This document shows positions 30,079 to 40,544 of a stretch of 64,000 bases of DNA, piece after piece. How positions within the stretch are numbered: position 1 is the stretch's first letter; each line of letters opens with the position of its first letter. Made by a program: the position numbers and the translations under genes. Under the pieces are notes generated by a model. The model did no database searches. It was not told the DNA's origin and saw nothing but the letters and a program-made list of their open reading frames with translations. Source of the stretch: an uncultured Gammaproteobacteria bacterium (GTDB taxonomy: Bacteria > Patescibacteriota > Microgenomatia > Levybacterales > GWA1-39-11); NCBI GenBank assembly GCA_964409875.1, contig CAYPEN010000001.1, positions 1,313-65,312 of the forward strand, given 5' to 3'.

Positions 30079-30420
30079 CTAGATACTGTCTTCTGTTTCA
30101 GTCTTTGCAAGTCTTAGCGCTTCATCTATTTTGCCGTTTCTTACTAGCTCAATGACTCCCCGTATTACTTCAGACTCTTCTTTTTTATCAAGTTTTCCCC
30201 ATTCTTCGATTTCATTTGATTTAAAAAGAGGCCATTTTTGAGACAACTTTTTATAAAGTAAGGGGATATCAAGTTCGCTTTGTGCGGCTTGCAAAAAATC
30301 GTATGTTATCCGGGCAATTTCTTTCCCTTCATCATCGGTAATTTTTTTCTTCTCCAATAAATACATCAGTATTTTAAGAACTGTTTCGGCGTGTACATTC
30401 TTCTGTATTTCGCTCAGCAT
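30079..30420 (-). CDS. Hypothetical helical protein
   Basis: ORF from MLSEIQKN with protein-like composition. Confidence 0.6.
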   Translation of the reverse strand: MLSEIQKNVHAETVLKILMYLLEKKKITDDEGKEIARITYDFLQAAQSELDIPLLYKKLSQKWPLFKSNEIEEWGKLDKKEESEVIRGVIELVRNGKIDEALRLAKTETEDSI

Positions 30421-30526
30421 AAATATGTACAAGAATGGTAGCAAACAGACCCTATTAACTGCAACATGAAAATGCATTTGGCGTCAATTTACTTAAGATG
30501 ATAGATGGAATATAATTAAGCCTCAA

Positions 30527-30597
30527 AGGGCTGTGATGAAATGGTATCATAGAGGTCTCCAAAACCTCTTTTCAGAGTTCGAATCTCTGCGGCCCTG
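30527..30597 (+). tRNA. tRNA-Trp(CCA)
   Basis: AGGGCTG/CGGCCCT acceptor stem, GAGGT-CT-CCA-AA-ACCTC anticodon arm, TTCGAAT T-loop. Confidence 0.93.
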
Positions 30598-30636
30598 CAG
30601 CGATTTTAGCCTCAAAAAATCTGTTATAATTTACGA

Positions 30637-30963
30637 ATGGAAGATTTTTATTGTGAAGAGGTATTGAGCGGTAAAACGTTCGTTGAGAAGGTTTTAGAAA
30701 CAGACAACGTGCTTGCCTTCTACCACACAAAACCATACTGGCCTGTACATATTGTAGTTACCCCGAAAAAACATATAAGCTCGCTTCTTACAATTACACA
30801 AGAAGAGAACGATATTTTATTGGAGTTAATAAGTACTATTAAGCAAGTTGCCACAAAAGTTACCGATGAAAATGGAGCTTCTCGTATCCTGACCAACTTA
30901 GGAAAATATCAAGACTCAAAACATCTCCATTTTCATGTTTCCTACGGCGAACCGAATAAATAG
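30637..30963 (+). CDS. HIT family protein
   Basis: HLHFHV histidine triad; PVHIVVTPKKH. Confidence 0.9.
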   Translation: MEDFYCEEVLSGKTFVEKVLETDNVLAFYHTKPYWPVHIVVTPKKHISSLLTITQEENDILLELISTIKQVATKVTDENGASRILTNLGKYQDSKHLHFHVSYGEPNK

Positions 30964-31014
30964 TAGTCCTTTACAACCCCAAGTGATTCGAACTACTTTG
31001 ATATAATTGATTTT

Positions 31015-31896
31015 ATGACAACGGAGCATAAAACACCAAACGAAGCGCTCGTCCTTAGTGAAGGATTTAATTCGGCGATAAATGCGGCTATTGCTGCAAG
31101 CGAGCCAATTCTCGCTTATTGGCCAGGTCCTTCAAATCAACTCTTCGATCGTGAACAAGTCATGCAAATCATTGAAAAAGATCACGGAACTGGTAATTAC
31201 GCAACAGTTGCTGATATTGAGTCAGAGGAAGTTATTAAAGATGTTATTCAGAAAAATCCTCTTTTTTCTTTTCATACCATCGTTGGAGAAGAGTCTGATA
31301 GAGTCGAAGGTTCATCTGAGTGGCAATGGATTATTGATCCCATCGATGGAACACAAGCTTTCAGACACGGTCTTCCGGATTTTGGAATAAATGTAGCCCT
31401 AGTTAAAGGCCAAGATCCAGTAATTGGGGTTATAGCAATGCCTGCGTTAAAACAACTAATAGCAGCCCAAAAAGGAAAAGGAGCATTTTTGTACGATTAT
31501 GATGGCAATGTTCTTTCTGATCTTCACAAAAATCAGGTAGAGAGAAATGAGAGTTTTGACAAAATACTGGTAGGGTTTGATACGGGATATGTGGGAAGAG
31601 GAAAGCAAATGACAGAATATGTAGCAAAATTGGCAGATAAAATCGGGTATCCGGTGTCATACGCATCATCAGCAACGGCAAATTTTAGACTTGCACAAGG
31701 AAGTCTAGCAGCTTATTTTCTTCAAACGCCCACTACTATGGATATAGCTGCACCAGCTGCGATTATTACAGAGGTGGGTGGAAAAGTAAGTGATATGAAT
31801 GGGAATCCAATTGATTGGAATGCTGATTCTAGATCCTATCTTGCTGCACGTAATGAAAAAATACATTCGCAAATTTTAGAAATATTTAATAGTTAA
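31015..31896 (+). CDS. Inositol monophosphatase family protein
   Basis: GEE...WIIDPIDGT motif; DIAA..IITEVGG. Confidence 0.9.
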   Translation: MTTEHKTPNEALVLSEGFNSAINAAIAASEPILAYWPGPSNQLFDREQVMQIIEKDHGTGNYATVADIESEEVIKDVIQKNPLFSFHTIVGEESDRVEGSSEWQWIIDPIDGTQAFRHGLPDFGINVALVKGQDPVIGVIAMPALKQLIAAQKGKGAFLYDYDGNVLSDLHKNQVERNESFDKILVGFDTGYVGRGKQMTEYVAKLADKIGYPVSYASSATANFRLAQGSLAAYFLQTPTTMDIAAPAAIITEVGGKVSDMNGNPIDWNADSRSYLAARNEKIHSQILEIFNS

Positions 31897-32007
31897 ATTT
31901 GATTTTGTAAAATAGTAGTTCCTAACATAATCGCTCAAGCCCTGCAGCGAGTTCTGCCTTAAAATTGGATATAAGAGGAGCTTGAATCACTCAGATATAA
32001 TTTCTGC

Positions 32008-33003
32008 ATGACTATTGAATCGAGAAGTGTAAATCCAGAAAATTTGCCTCCTCTTCCCTTTGTGTATCGGCGGGTCGATTTGCCTGAAGAAGCGGAGTTT
32101 CGGATGCGAAGAATAAGTTCTGCAAGAATTGTTGGGCAAACAAATGAGCCTTATACAGACGAGCGAATACTTGCCCAGATAGAAAGGAGAAAAAAAGAAC
32201 AGGAATGGTTTTACCAAGATTACTGGAGAGAAAAAGGGTTAGCTTCAGAACAAATTGAATTTGATGCCGATGGTAATCCAATAACTCTCTATAATTTTGA
32301 TAGACCAAATCCCTTCGGCGACGATAGGTTACGAAGCCTCACAAATGCTATGAAGCAATTGGGATTGCATTTCCCGCAGGCTCTTCACAAACTCAGATGG
32401 ATTTTGATTGACGACACGCAGCAGGCAAGTATTTATGGGGATATACAAAAGTTCCCGACAAATGGGCAGGTTGTGCATGGCACAAATGCATTCAGATTCT
32501 TTCCTCGTGGGGCAAGAATAGATATTCCACATAGAATACCTACCGCCAATAACTTGGAAGGAACCTTCGTCCATGAAACAGCCCATTTGATTCAAGACGG
32601 ATTCCGAGATAGATGGAGTGAAAATTTTCAATGGGATATGTGCGATGAGCATCTTGACAAGTTTGAATATAGAGGTACACCAATGGGAGGGAGCCAATAT
32701 CCTTTCAATAAGCGAACAGATGAAATGATGCCCCAATTTCAGTTCCCTAGGCAGCCGGAGAACTGTGTGAATTATTATGCGAAGCTGAGTTTGGAAGAGG
32801 ACATTGCAGAAAGCCTGACGGCGTATGTATATAGCCCAGATGTATTGCAAAGTGTTTCCACTGAAAAGTTTGAGATTTTGGCAGGACACGATGCCAATAG
32901 ATCGGTAGTTGAAATAACTGCAAGAAGAGCAAATGCTGTGACAATGCCTGATCTTGGGCCAACGGAAATTACGTACTTCATCCAGGAGCCGGCAAACAGT
33001 TAA
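32008..33003 (+). CDS. Putative zinc metallopeptidase (zincin-like)
   Basis: HETAH plus downstream YA...EEDIAES. Confidence 0.65.
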   Translation: MTIESRSVNPENLPPLPFVYRRVDLPEEAEFRMRRISSARIVGQTNEPYTDERILAQIERRKKEQEWFYQDYWREKGLASEQIEFDADGNPITLYNFDRPNPFGDDRLRSLTNAMKQLGLHFPQALHKLRWILIDDTQQASIYGDIQKFPTNGQVVHGTNAFRFFPRGARIDIPHRIPTANNLEGTFVHETAHLIQDGFRDRWSENFQWDMCDEHLDKFEYRGTPMGGSQYPFNKRTDEMMPQFQFPRQPENCVNYYAKLSLEEDIAESLTAYVYSPDVLQSVSTEKFEILAGHDANRSVVEITARRANAVTMPDLGPTEITYFIQEPANS

Positions 33004-33099
33004 AATAGTAGCTCATGATATACATGTAAATACTAATCCCCAAAGTATTGGCTCAAGCCATGTAACAACTATAGCCTGAGGCTTTGCTATAATTGCCAC

Positions 33100-33912
33100 A
33101 TGACCAAAAAAAAGATTCATCGTAGAATCAGAATAGGAAAGCAATTTATATTCCTTTCAACGGTTTTAGTTTTGGCATTTGTTGCAATCGGGATATTGTA
33201 TGATGTGTCTACCTTCCCGAGTGCAAAACACACATTTGATATCACGCCGAGGCCAACTCTTGCGCCTCGTATAACGATTAGTTACCCAACCCCTACGCCA
33301 CCGGAAGGTTTTGTTGAGGTAAAAAATTTCAAAGCTCGGCAATATGACCCAAAAAGCATGCTGATAGATTACTCGGAAAAGGTAAAATATCCCCAGGAAT
33401 TACTTGATAGTAACGAGAGTGATTTAACGCCTCTTTCATGTACTAGAACTTATTTAAATACAATTGGAAATTGGGGCAGCTTTGTTACGTATCAAGATCA
33501 AGACGGAGGAACAAAAAAATACTTTTTAATTGATCCTCAATTATTGAGATACATTGATTATTTAGAAAAAAAATATTCATCTAAACGTCTTATGATGATA
33601 AATGCCTGTAGTACAAAAGATGATAAAACTTTTATTTTTTATGGAATGAGTCTGGGTGGAGGTGGAGATTATTGGGGAAAGCCCTATATTGGAATTGATA
33701 AAGGAAAAGGCATAGATGAAACAATTGATGGGATACCATTAGGCGGATGTTCTGTTTTACAACTTTTGAAAAATGAATTTTTATATATAAAATGCTCCAT
33801 GCATGAAGGCGGCGGAGGGATTGACGCGATTTACCAAGTCAATTTGAGTAATAAGTCTGTTAATCAACTGCTTTATTGTTTGATTGAGGGCACAAAGACA
33901 ACCTGCAAATAA
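33100..33912 (+). CDS. Hypothetical membrane-anchored protein
   Basis: Basic N-terminus, TM, PT linker, Cys-containing extracellular domain. Confidence 0.7.
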   Translation: MTKKKIHRRIRIGKQFIFLSTVLVLAFVAIGILYDVSTFPSAKHTFDITPRPTLAPRITISYPTPTPPEGFVEVKNFKARQYDPKSMLIDYSEKVKYPQELLDSNESDLTPLSCTRTYLNTIGNWGSFVTYQDQDGGTKKYFLIDPQLLRYIDYLEKKYSSKRLMMINACSTKDDKTFIFYGMSLGGGGDYWGKPYIGIDKGKGIDETIDGIPLGGCSVLQLLKNEFLYIKCSMHEGGGGIDAIYQVNLSNKSVNQLLYCLIEGTKTTCK

Positions 33913-33975
33913 CACACGTCAAATTCATTCCTTCTCCAATTGAACCTATCCCATAGTTATTGTATAATGCAACCT

Positions 33976-34845
33976 ATGGGTTCGCCTGAATTTTCAGAAG
34001 AAAGAGAAAAAGAATTATTCGAAGATTCCCAGCTGCAGCTGGAGTATTTAAAGAAAGCAAGAAAAGGCAATGAGCTGATTGCACTTGCTGATTTTTTGCA
34101 TGTGATTGCCGAAACTTTTACGGGTAACATGAAAAGAAGTTTGGCATTGGTTGGGTCTATGGCAGCTATAATCGGACTGCAGTATTTGGTTGATAATCAT
34201 GAAGTAACCATGTATTCAACATTAGCCGTAAATACTATTGGTGGTACGTTATTGGGAGATGCAATTAGGCCAATTTCTCGAATTTCCGAATCAACAGGAA
34301 AATATCAAGCGAGAAAAAATTTTGAAAAACCCGAATATGTTCAAACAGATAATGAGCGACTTTATGAAGTTAGGAATAAATTGGTAGACACGCTTGTCCA
34401 CGAGGAAGGAATTGTTCCGCCCGAAGAGATTAGAATGTGGCTTGAGAGTAATGCACTGCATGCAGATTGGAAAAATGGAAACCAGTTCACACTTGCCCAT
34501 ATGACCGATGCCAAACTTGGACTAGGTGATAACCTTACACAAGAGGACACGGTATTGCTATTCTTGGAATCCCAGAGAGAAGCACAAATTCATAAGCAGG
34601 CTTTATGGCGCTTGAGTATGATTGGCACGAATAAGACTTTGGATATAGTTGCTGGAAATGCAATGTTGTGGGCAGGTTGGGCAGGTGTTAGAAATTTTGC
34701 AGGAGAAAACTATGCGCTTTTGACCAGTATTGCTGATGATATTACGGCTGTTGGTATCGCTGTTGTTACAACTCCTGTCAAAACGCTTCTTGATGCTGAT
34801 TTTATTAGGGAGGGACGAGATAAAATTAAAAACCTCTTTAATTAA
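33976..34845 (+). CDS. Hypothetical membrane protein
   Basis: Hydrophobic segments; start moved to the ATG 7 nt after TATAAT. Confidence 0.65.
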   Translation: MGSPEFSEEREKELFEDSQLQLEYLKKARKGNELIALADFLHVIAETFTGNMKRSLALVGSMAAIIGLQYLVDNHEVTMYSTLAVNTIGGTLLGDAIRPISRISESTGKYQARKNFEKPEYVQTDNERLYEVRNKLVDTLVHEEGIVPPEEIRMWLESNALHADWKNGNQFTLAHMTDAKLGLGDNLTQEDTVLLFLESQREAQIHKQALWRLSMIGTNKTLDIVAGNAMLWAGWAGVRNFAGENYALLTSIADDITAVGIAVVTTPVKTLLDADFIREGRDKIKNLFN

Positions 34846-34859
34846 CCGTTTTTTTCAAA

Positions 34860-35096
34860 TCACTTTCTTTCAACCGTTATCGTACACTCCGCAACAAGAG
34901 CCGCAATAGCACCAACTGCCGCCAGAACCGGGGCTATAGCTGCGCCCACAACACCTATTGTGAGTGGGAATTCTATGAGAGTAGTCCCTTTTTTGTCCTT
35001 TATCGTGATTTTCCTGATATTCCCCTCATGAATGAGTTCTTTCACTTTTTTTAAAAGCTCATGCCCCTCAACTTTAAATGATTCTTCTTTTGCCAT
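34860..35096 (-). CDS. DUF4342-like small protein
   Basis: KVKELIHEGNIRKITIK...EFPLTIGVVGAAIAPVLAAVGAIAALV..CTITVER. Confidence 0.8.
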   Translation of the reverse strand: MAKEESFKVEGHELLKKVKELIHEGNIRKITIKDKKGTTLIEFPLTIGVVGAAIAPVLAAVGAIAALVAECTITVERK

Positions 35097-35192
35097 TTTA
35101 TCTATTGTAACACAGTCTAATAATCACGTTTTGGCATGAGAGCACTGCAAAAACTCTTTACATAACAATATTTTTTTTGCTACACTATTTCC

Positions 35193-35492
35193 ATGCCAAG
35201 AAAAAAAGCAGCACCCAAAAAGACACAAAGAAACGACTTTAACACCGTAACTACTTTATCAAAGCTTCTCGCATTTTTTATGTTCATTACCTTCCCATTC
35301 ATAGGGTTTTATTTGGGGATGAATTTTCAGAAAGAATTAGACAGGCCATTCATAGACGAGGTGACTTCACGTCAATTTGAAGAAGAGCAAAAAAGGTCCT
35401 GCACAATGGAGGCAAAACAATGCCCTGATGGATCGTATGTTGCCCGTACAGGACCCAATTGCACCTTCGAAAAATGTCCGGGAGAAAAATAG
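35193..35492 (+). CDS. Small membrane protein with CTxEAKxCPDGS Cys motif
   Basis: TVTTLSK-TM plus CTMEAKQCPDGSYVARTGPNCTFEKCP. Confidence 0.75.
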   Translation: MPRKKAAPKKTQRNDFNTVTTLSKLLAFFMFITFPFIGFYLGMNFQKELDRPFIDEVTSRQFEEEQKRSCTMEAKQCPDGSYVARTGPNCTFEKCPGEK

Positions 35493-35547
35493 ACTTCTTA
35501 TATCTTCGCGATTGATATTTCTTGCTCATTTATTCTAAACTGGTTAG

Positions 35548-36957
35548 GTGAAGTACATCTTTATTTCTTTTTCCGGTCTTGGTCTCCCAATAGCCTACAA
35601 ACTCATCCAGGAGGGGTGTGAGGTAAAGGTAGGTATGATTGATGACATCAAAGAATACTGCATGGAGGAAGAGGTAGCAACGGCAACTGAGTCGGAGTTT
35701 GATAAAAAGCGGCGCACGTCACAATTTCAGAACGTCATGCCCATACAGGAAGCGAATAAAGTCATCGAGTGGGCAAAAACTCTTAAAAACCCTCATGAAT
35801 ATTTCTTCTTTTTTGACGAGAACAATTTATACCGGTGGGCTGACAAAGTGCGCGATCTGGGGTTTGAGGGGACATTTCCGACTCGTGAGGATTATCTTTT
35901 TGAAGTCGACAGGGAAATGGCCAAGAAATTTGTCGCGACCCATTACTCAAAGCTTTATACACCCGAGGTAAAAGAGTTCGATAAAGTTGAAGACGCAATT
36001 CCCTTTCTTGAAAAGACGCAGGAATTGTGGGTTTTGAAAGGAAAGCATGATAGTGCAAAGACTTTTGTTCCCGATATTCACGACCCACAATTTGCCAACC
36101 AGCAAGTCGTTGAAATGCTCAAAAATTACCCGGAGCATTACGAGCAATTAGGGTTCATTTTAGAACTTTTCATCCCCTCAATTATTGAGATGACACCTGA
36201 GAAATTTTATTACGACGGGGTGCCCATAGGTACGTCAATTGATTTTGAGAACAAGAGCTTCGGGTCGGGTAATTTATCAGTGCAGACCGGATGCGCCGAG
36301 GACTTGGTGTTCCCGACCAATATGGAGGATAGGATAAATCAGATTTCTTTTCCACCAATAGTTGATGAGATGGCACGAAAGCACAAAGGGCTTTTTATTT
36401 GGGATGCATCCATTCTTATCAACAAAAAAGACGGGAAAATGTATTTTGGAGAGTTTTGCTCTAATAGATTTGGGTACAATTCTGTGTTTACCGAGCTTGC
36501 TCAGTCAAAATCAGTTGATGATTTTTTCACCAAAATGGTGCACAAGCAAAATCCATATACTGTTGGAACAGTAGCTGCATCAGTCAGGATTTTTAATATG
36601 AATAGGGATGAACAAACAGAACAGGTAGCGGAGAACATGGCGCTCAATTTTTTGCCTGAGGTAGAACGCGATTTATGGTTGTGGGATGTCAAGAGAAAAG
36701 CAGATGGGCAATTTTTAACGGTTGGGACTGACTGGAATTTGGCTGTAATGACTGGGAGTGGAAAATCTATAGAGGAAGCGGTTGGGAATCTATATAAAAA
36801 TATTGAAGGTCTGGCATTTGTGGGAGGGTATTTTAGGCCCAAAGATGATTATTTATCTCTTGACTACCCCACATCAATATTAAATAGGGTAAATTATGGA
36901 ATGGAACGTGGCCTTTATAAAATACCGTTTAATGTAAAAATAGGAGATATAGTATAG
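35548..36957 (+). CDS. Divergent PurD-like ATP-grasp ligase
   Basis: EVDREMAKKF, WVLK, EFCSNRFG and a PurD-like C-domain (TGSGKSIEEA...YFR); lacks GSGGREH. Confidence 0.65.
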   Translation: MKYIFISFSGLGLPIAYKLIQEGCEVKVGMIDDIKEYCMEEEVATATESEFDKKRRTSQFQNVMPIQEANKVIEWAKTLKNPHEYFFFFDENNLYRWADKVRDLGFEGTFPTREDYLFEVDREMAKKFVATHYSKLYTPEVKEFDKVEDAIPFLEKTQELWVLKGKHDSAKTFVPDIHDPQFANQQVVEMLKNYPEHYEQLGFILELFIPSIIEMTPEKFYYDGVPIGTSIDFENKSFGSGNLSVQTGCAEDLVFPTNMEDRINQISFPPIVDEMARKHKGLFIWDASILINKKDGKMYFGEFCSNRFGYNSVFTELAQSKSVDDFFTKMVHKQNPYTVGTVAASVRIFNMNRDEQTEQVAENMALNFLPEVERDLWLWDVKRKADGQFLTVGTDWNLAVMTGSGKSIEEAVGNLYKNIEGLAFVGGYFRPKDDYLSLDYPTSILNRVNYGMERGLYKIPFNVKIGDIV

Positions 36958-36991
36958 GGATTAGTTTCTAGGCTTTCGCATTTCGTTATCA

Positions 36992-37480
36992 ATGAAGAAC
37001 AGGCTTTTAGATTTAAAAAAACTCAAATTCGAGGTAAGAGACATCATGCGGTATGATGATGTAGGAGACTATTTTGGAGATACAATTGTTGCGTATGACT
37101 TTAAAGATGACGTCATAACGAATGCAATTTTTTTGCACGAATTTATAGAATATACATTGGTCAAATCCGCAGGTATTGATCCATCTCTTATTGACCAATT
37201 TGACACCGATAAAAGTGCGCCCGCAAAGTATCCTGAGGAATTTATGCAGTACGGGAAATTTCACGATCTTGCCAATTTGGTAGAGCGGCAGTTTATAGAA
37301 AATTTGGGGCTCAATTGGGAGGAGCATGATAGAGTTATCAATACTGCAAAAGTAAATGTTGCGGTTGAAGTCATTTCTGAAGAGCTTCATAAAGAGAATC
37401 CATCAGAGAGTGTAATCGAACAAGCGAAGGAAGAAGTAAAAGATGAGATAAAGGACAGCCTCGAAAGTATAGCAGAATAG
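36992..37480 (+). CDS. Hypothetical protein with HExxE...H putative metal-binding motif
   Basis: RYDDVGDY...LHEFIE...FHDLA..VER. Confidence 0.65.
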   Translation: MKNRLLDLKKLKFEVRDIMRYDDVGDYFGDTIVAYDFKDDVITNAIFLHEFIEYTLVKSAGIDPSLIDQFDTDKSAPAKYPEEFMQYGKFHDLANLVERQFIENLGLNWEEHDRVINTAKVNVAVEVISEELHKENPSESVIEQAKEEVKDEIKDSLESIAE

Positions 37481-37494
37481 CGTATACTTAAAAT

Positions 37495-38130
37495 ATGAAA
37501 GCTCTTCCGGATTTTGCTCTTGAAAAACCCCTCTGGGACAAAGGATTTAGTGTCATGGGAATCGATGAAGTGGGGAGAGGAGCTTTTGCAGGCCCGGTAG
37601 GGATAGGTGGGGTGATTTTTGACCCAAAAATGAGTGAAAAAGATAAAAAATTCCTTTTGAACTTAGGACTCGATGACAGTAAAAAGTTGACTCCTCTCAA
37701 ACGCAAATCATTTGCATCTGTTATCAAAGAATATGCTATGGCCTATGCAGTCGAATTTATCGATGTTCCGGTAATTGAAAGTGTCGGCATTGGAAAAGCT
37801 ACTTTTTTAGGAATGAAAAAAGTTGCAGATTCGCTTTCAAAAAAGGTCAGCAACCTGCATCTTCTTATCGATGCTTTCGAAATTCCGGATATATTCTATC
37901 CTCAGCGAGGCATACTACACGGTGATAGCCTTAGTATTTCAATAGCTGCCGCGTCTATTGTGGCAAAGGTTGAGAGGGATATGCTTATGGAACAGTTGGC
38001 GCGGGAGTTCACTTGCTACGATTGGGAGAACAATAAGGGGTATGGTACACTAAGACATAGAAGAGCGGTTTCGGAGTTTGGCGTAACAAAGTTCCATCGA
38101 AGACAATTTTGCAGAAATGTAACAGGGTAA
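37495..38130 (+). CDS. rnhB: Ribonuclease HII
   Basis: GIDEVGRGAFAGPV, DDSKKL, SIAAASIVAKVERD, NKGYGT. Confidence 0.95.
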   Translation: MKALPDFALEKPLWDKGFSVMGIDEVGRGAFAGPVGIGGVIFDPKMSEKDKKFLLNLGLDDSKKLTPLKRKSFASVIKEYAMAYAVEFIDVPVIESVGIGKATFLGMKKVADSLSKKVSNLHLLIDAFEIPDIFYPQRGILHGDSLSISIAAASIVAKVERDMLMEQLAREFTCYDWENNKGYGTLRHRRAVSEFGVTKFHRRQFCRNVTG

Positions 38131-38181
38131 CTTGTTGTTTTGGTCTCATTTTAGTACAATATAGCCTTGAATTATAAAAAT

Positions 38182-38949
38182 ATGTTTGGCAAAAAGAGCT
38201 CCGGCAAAACAGTTTGGGAAAAATTCCCCGAACTAAAAAATATACCTGAAGAGAAATTCCCAAAACATTTACTTCTCATTCCTGATGGAAACGGAAGGTG
38301 GGCAAAAATGTATCATAAGAATATCACCGAGGGGCACAAGGCGGGGGCCGAGGTCATCAAAAACATCTACAATGACCTTTGGCAGCTCCCTATAAAATTT
38401 ATAACGATTTGGGGTTTTTCGGCAGATAATTGGTCCCGGACAAAAGAAGAAGCAGATGGCATTATGCGCGTTATTGATGAAACGTTGAAGGTGCTCCTTC
38501 CCCAAGCGTTGGAGAGAAATGAACGGATAGTTCATATTGGGAGGAAAGACCGCATTCCTGCTTTTTTGAGGGAAGCATTTGAGAATGCTGAGAAATTGAC
38601 AGAAAAGAATACTGGTACTGTTTTGTCGCTGGCAGTTGATTATGCGGGGCAAGATCAGGAGGTACGGATGTTTAAGAAAATGATAGCGGATGGAGTGAAA
38701 AATATTACCAATGATTCAATTGTTAAATACCGTGATGGAGGAGGAATAGTTCCTCCTGCCGACCTTGTCATAAGAACTTCTGGTGAAAAAAGAACCTCTG
38801 ACTTAGGGTGGCTTTCAACAAATTCTGAACTTGCCTTTATTTCAAAGCTTCTCCCCAACACCGGTTCAAAGGATATAGTTGAGGCTATCATTGATTTTAC
38901 AAAAAGAGAGCGCCGCTTTGGAGGAAGGCCGGCCCCTGCTTCCGCTTGA
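38182..38949 (+). CDS. uppS: Undecaprenyl/polyprenyl diphosphate synthase
   Basis: IPDGNGRWA, GH..G, FSADNW.R, DLVIRTSGE.R.S. Confidence 0.93.
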   Translation: MFGKKSSGKTVWEKFPELKNIPEEKFPKHLLLIPDGNGRWAKMYHKNITEGHKAGAEVIKNIYNDLWQLPIKFITIWGFSADNWSRTKEEADGIMRVIDETLKVLLPQALERNERIVHIGRKDRIPAFLREAFENAEKLTEKNTGTVLSLAVDYAGQDQEVRMFKKMIADGVKNITNDSIVKYRDGGGIVPPADLVIRTSGEKRTSDLGWLSTNSELAFISKLLPNTGSKDIVEAIIDFTKRERRFGGRPAPASA

Positions 38950-38982
38950 ATACGTACCAAATTTATCCTATAATATTCTTCT

Positions 38983-39696
38983 ATGAATCCTGAGTTTGGT
39001 TTTGAGGGTGTCCCACCGAAAGGGACAGATTGGAAAAAAATCATAAAGTCGGAATTTATCTCCCCGCTTGGGTTTGATTTTGAAATGCCAATTAACAGCG
39101 GCGGAATAACAGTTGCAACGACAGTTGAGGGTGAATCTTTGTATGGTTTAATGTCACACTTCGATGAGGATACAAAAATAAATATTGAGAGATTATGTGG
39201 CCAGAATGGCCAACGAAAAGAAGCATTCGGAAGTATTCTTCAAGAAATTCAGCCTTATGCTTGGGTAACTCCCGATTCAGTAACCTTTATAGTTTCACAA
39301 ACCCCTGTTCTTACCATATCTGAATCTAACGGGGTTGTCTTTGATACTCATACACTGACCGAAGACGGTTCCATTATAGGAAAAAATTTTGACGTTGGAA
39401 AAAGTAACCCAGCACGTCCTACTACAGGCTCACCGTATTACCGTTTTGAAGTAAAAACAGTTCAGGATGAACCCGTACTTGTAGAGAAAAATGTAGAATA
39501 TTGTGCCGAGCTTACTGCAGGAATTAAAATCCGGACACTTGATATTGAGCAAATATATAGAATAATTACAATGATGAGAAAGACGTCATGTATGACATCT
39601 GATAATATGCAAAAAATTGTTAATCCATATTTTAGTATTGATTTAATGCCTTATCGCGAGGTACTGAATGAAAAAACAAGAATGGAGGGATATTAA
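38983..39696 (+). CDS. Hypothetical protein
   Basis: 237-aa ORF between uppS and era with its own -10 box. Confidence 0.65.
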   Translation: MNPEFGFEGVPPKGTDWKKIIKSEFISPLGFDFEMPINSGGITVATTVEGESLYGLMSHFDEDTKINIERLCGQNGQRKEAFGSILQEIQPYAWVTPDSVTFIVSQTPVLTISESNGVVFDTHTLTEDGSIIGKNFDVGKSNPARPTTGSPYYRFEVKTVQDEPVLVEKNVEYCAELTAGIKIRTLDIEQIYRIITMMRKTSCMTSDNMQKIVNPYFSIDLMPYREVLNEKTRMEGY

Positions 39697-39699
39697 TGT

Positions 39700-40542
39700 A
39701 TGAAATCAGGAACGGTAGCCCTTGTGGGACGGCCTAATGCAGGCAAATCTACGCTTCTCAATGCCCTTTTGGGAACTAAAGTATCTATTACTTCCCCAAA
39801 GCCGCAGACGACGCAATTTTCAGTAGAAGCTATTTATGATGATCCTAAAAGAGGGCAAATAATTTTTGTCGATACGCCGGGAATATTTGCTAAGACTGAT
39901 AATCCGAAGGCTCATGATATCAATTTTTCAGCAGAACACGCTCTGAAAGAAGGTGTAAATGTCGTGGTGTATGTGGTAGATAAAACACGTGAGCGGGGAA
40001 TAGAAGAAAATAAAGTTTTGGGAATAATAAGAAAGGTCGATATTCCAAAAATTCTCGTTATTAACAAGGTAGATAAAAGAAAACCTGATTTTATTGAGCA
40101 GTATATGTTTTTGAAAGACGAATTTGATGCTTATATTGAGCTGTCAGCTCGCACTCATACCAATTTGAATGTTCTGGTAGACACGATATTTGCATTCTTA
40201 CCCGAAGGAGAAAGCTTGGTCGAAACGAAAGAGCTCCCTACCCCAATTCTTAATATGGATTCAAAACTTTTCTTGGAAGAGATGATAAGGGAGAAGGCAT
40301 TTTTGAGACTTCGCCGTGAGGTACCTTATTCGATACGGGTAGTTGTTGACAGCATCACCGAAAAACCACATAAAAATATGTCGGTTATAAAGGCCCGGAT
40401 TGTATGCCCCCTTCGCTACAAAAAAATGATTATTGGAGCAGGTGGCTCAAAGATAAAAGAAATCGGTATGATGACAAGAAGGGAACTGGAGCTTGCCACC
40501 AATCGTAAAATTTTTCTCGAGCTAACTGTTGAGGAAGAATAG
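39700..40542 (+). CDS. era: GTPase Era
   Basis: GRPNAGKST, DTPG, NKVD, KH domain (MIIGAGGSKIKEIG). Confidence 0.95.
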   Translation: MKSGTVALVGRPNAGKSTLLNALLGTKVSITSPKPQTTQFSVEAIYDDPKRGQIIFVDTPGIFAKTDNPKAHDINFSAEHALKEGVNVVVYVVDKTRERGIEENKVLGIIRKVDIPKILVINKVDKRKPDFIEQYMFLKDEFDAYIELSARTHTNLNVLVDTIFAFLPEGESLVETKELPTPILNMDSKLFLEEMIREKAFLRLRREVPYSIRVVVDSITEKPHKNMSVIKARIVCPLRYKKMIIGAGGSKIKEIGMMTRRELELATNRKIFLELTVEEE

Positions 40543-40544
40543 CT

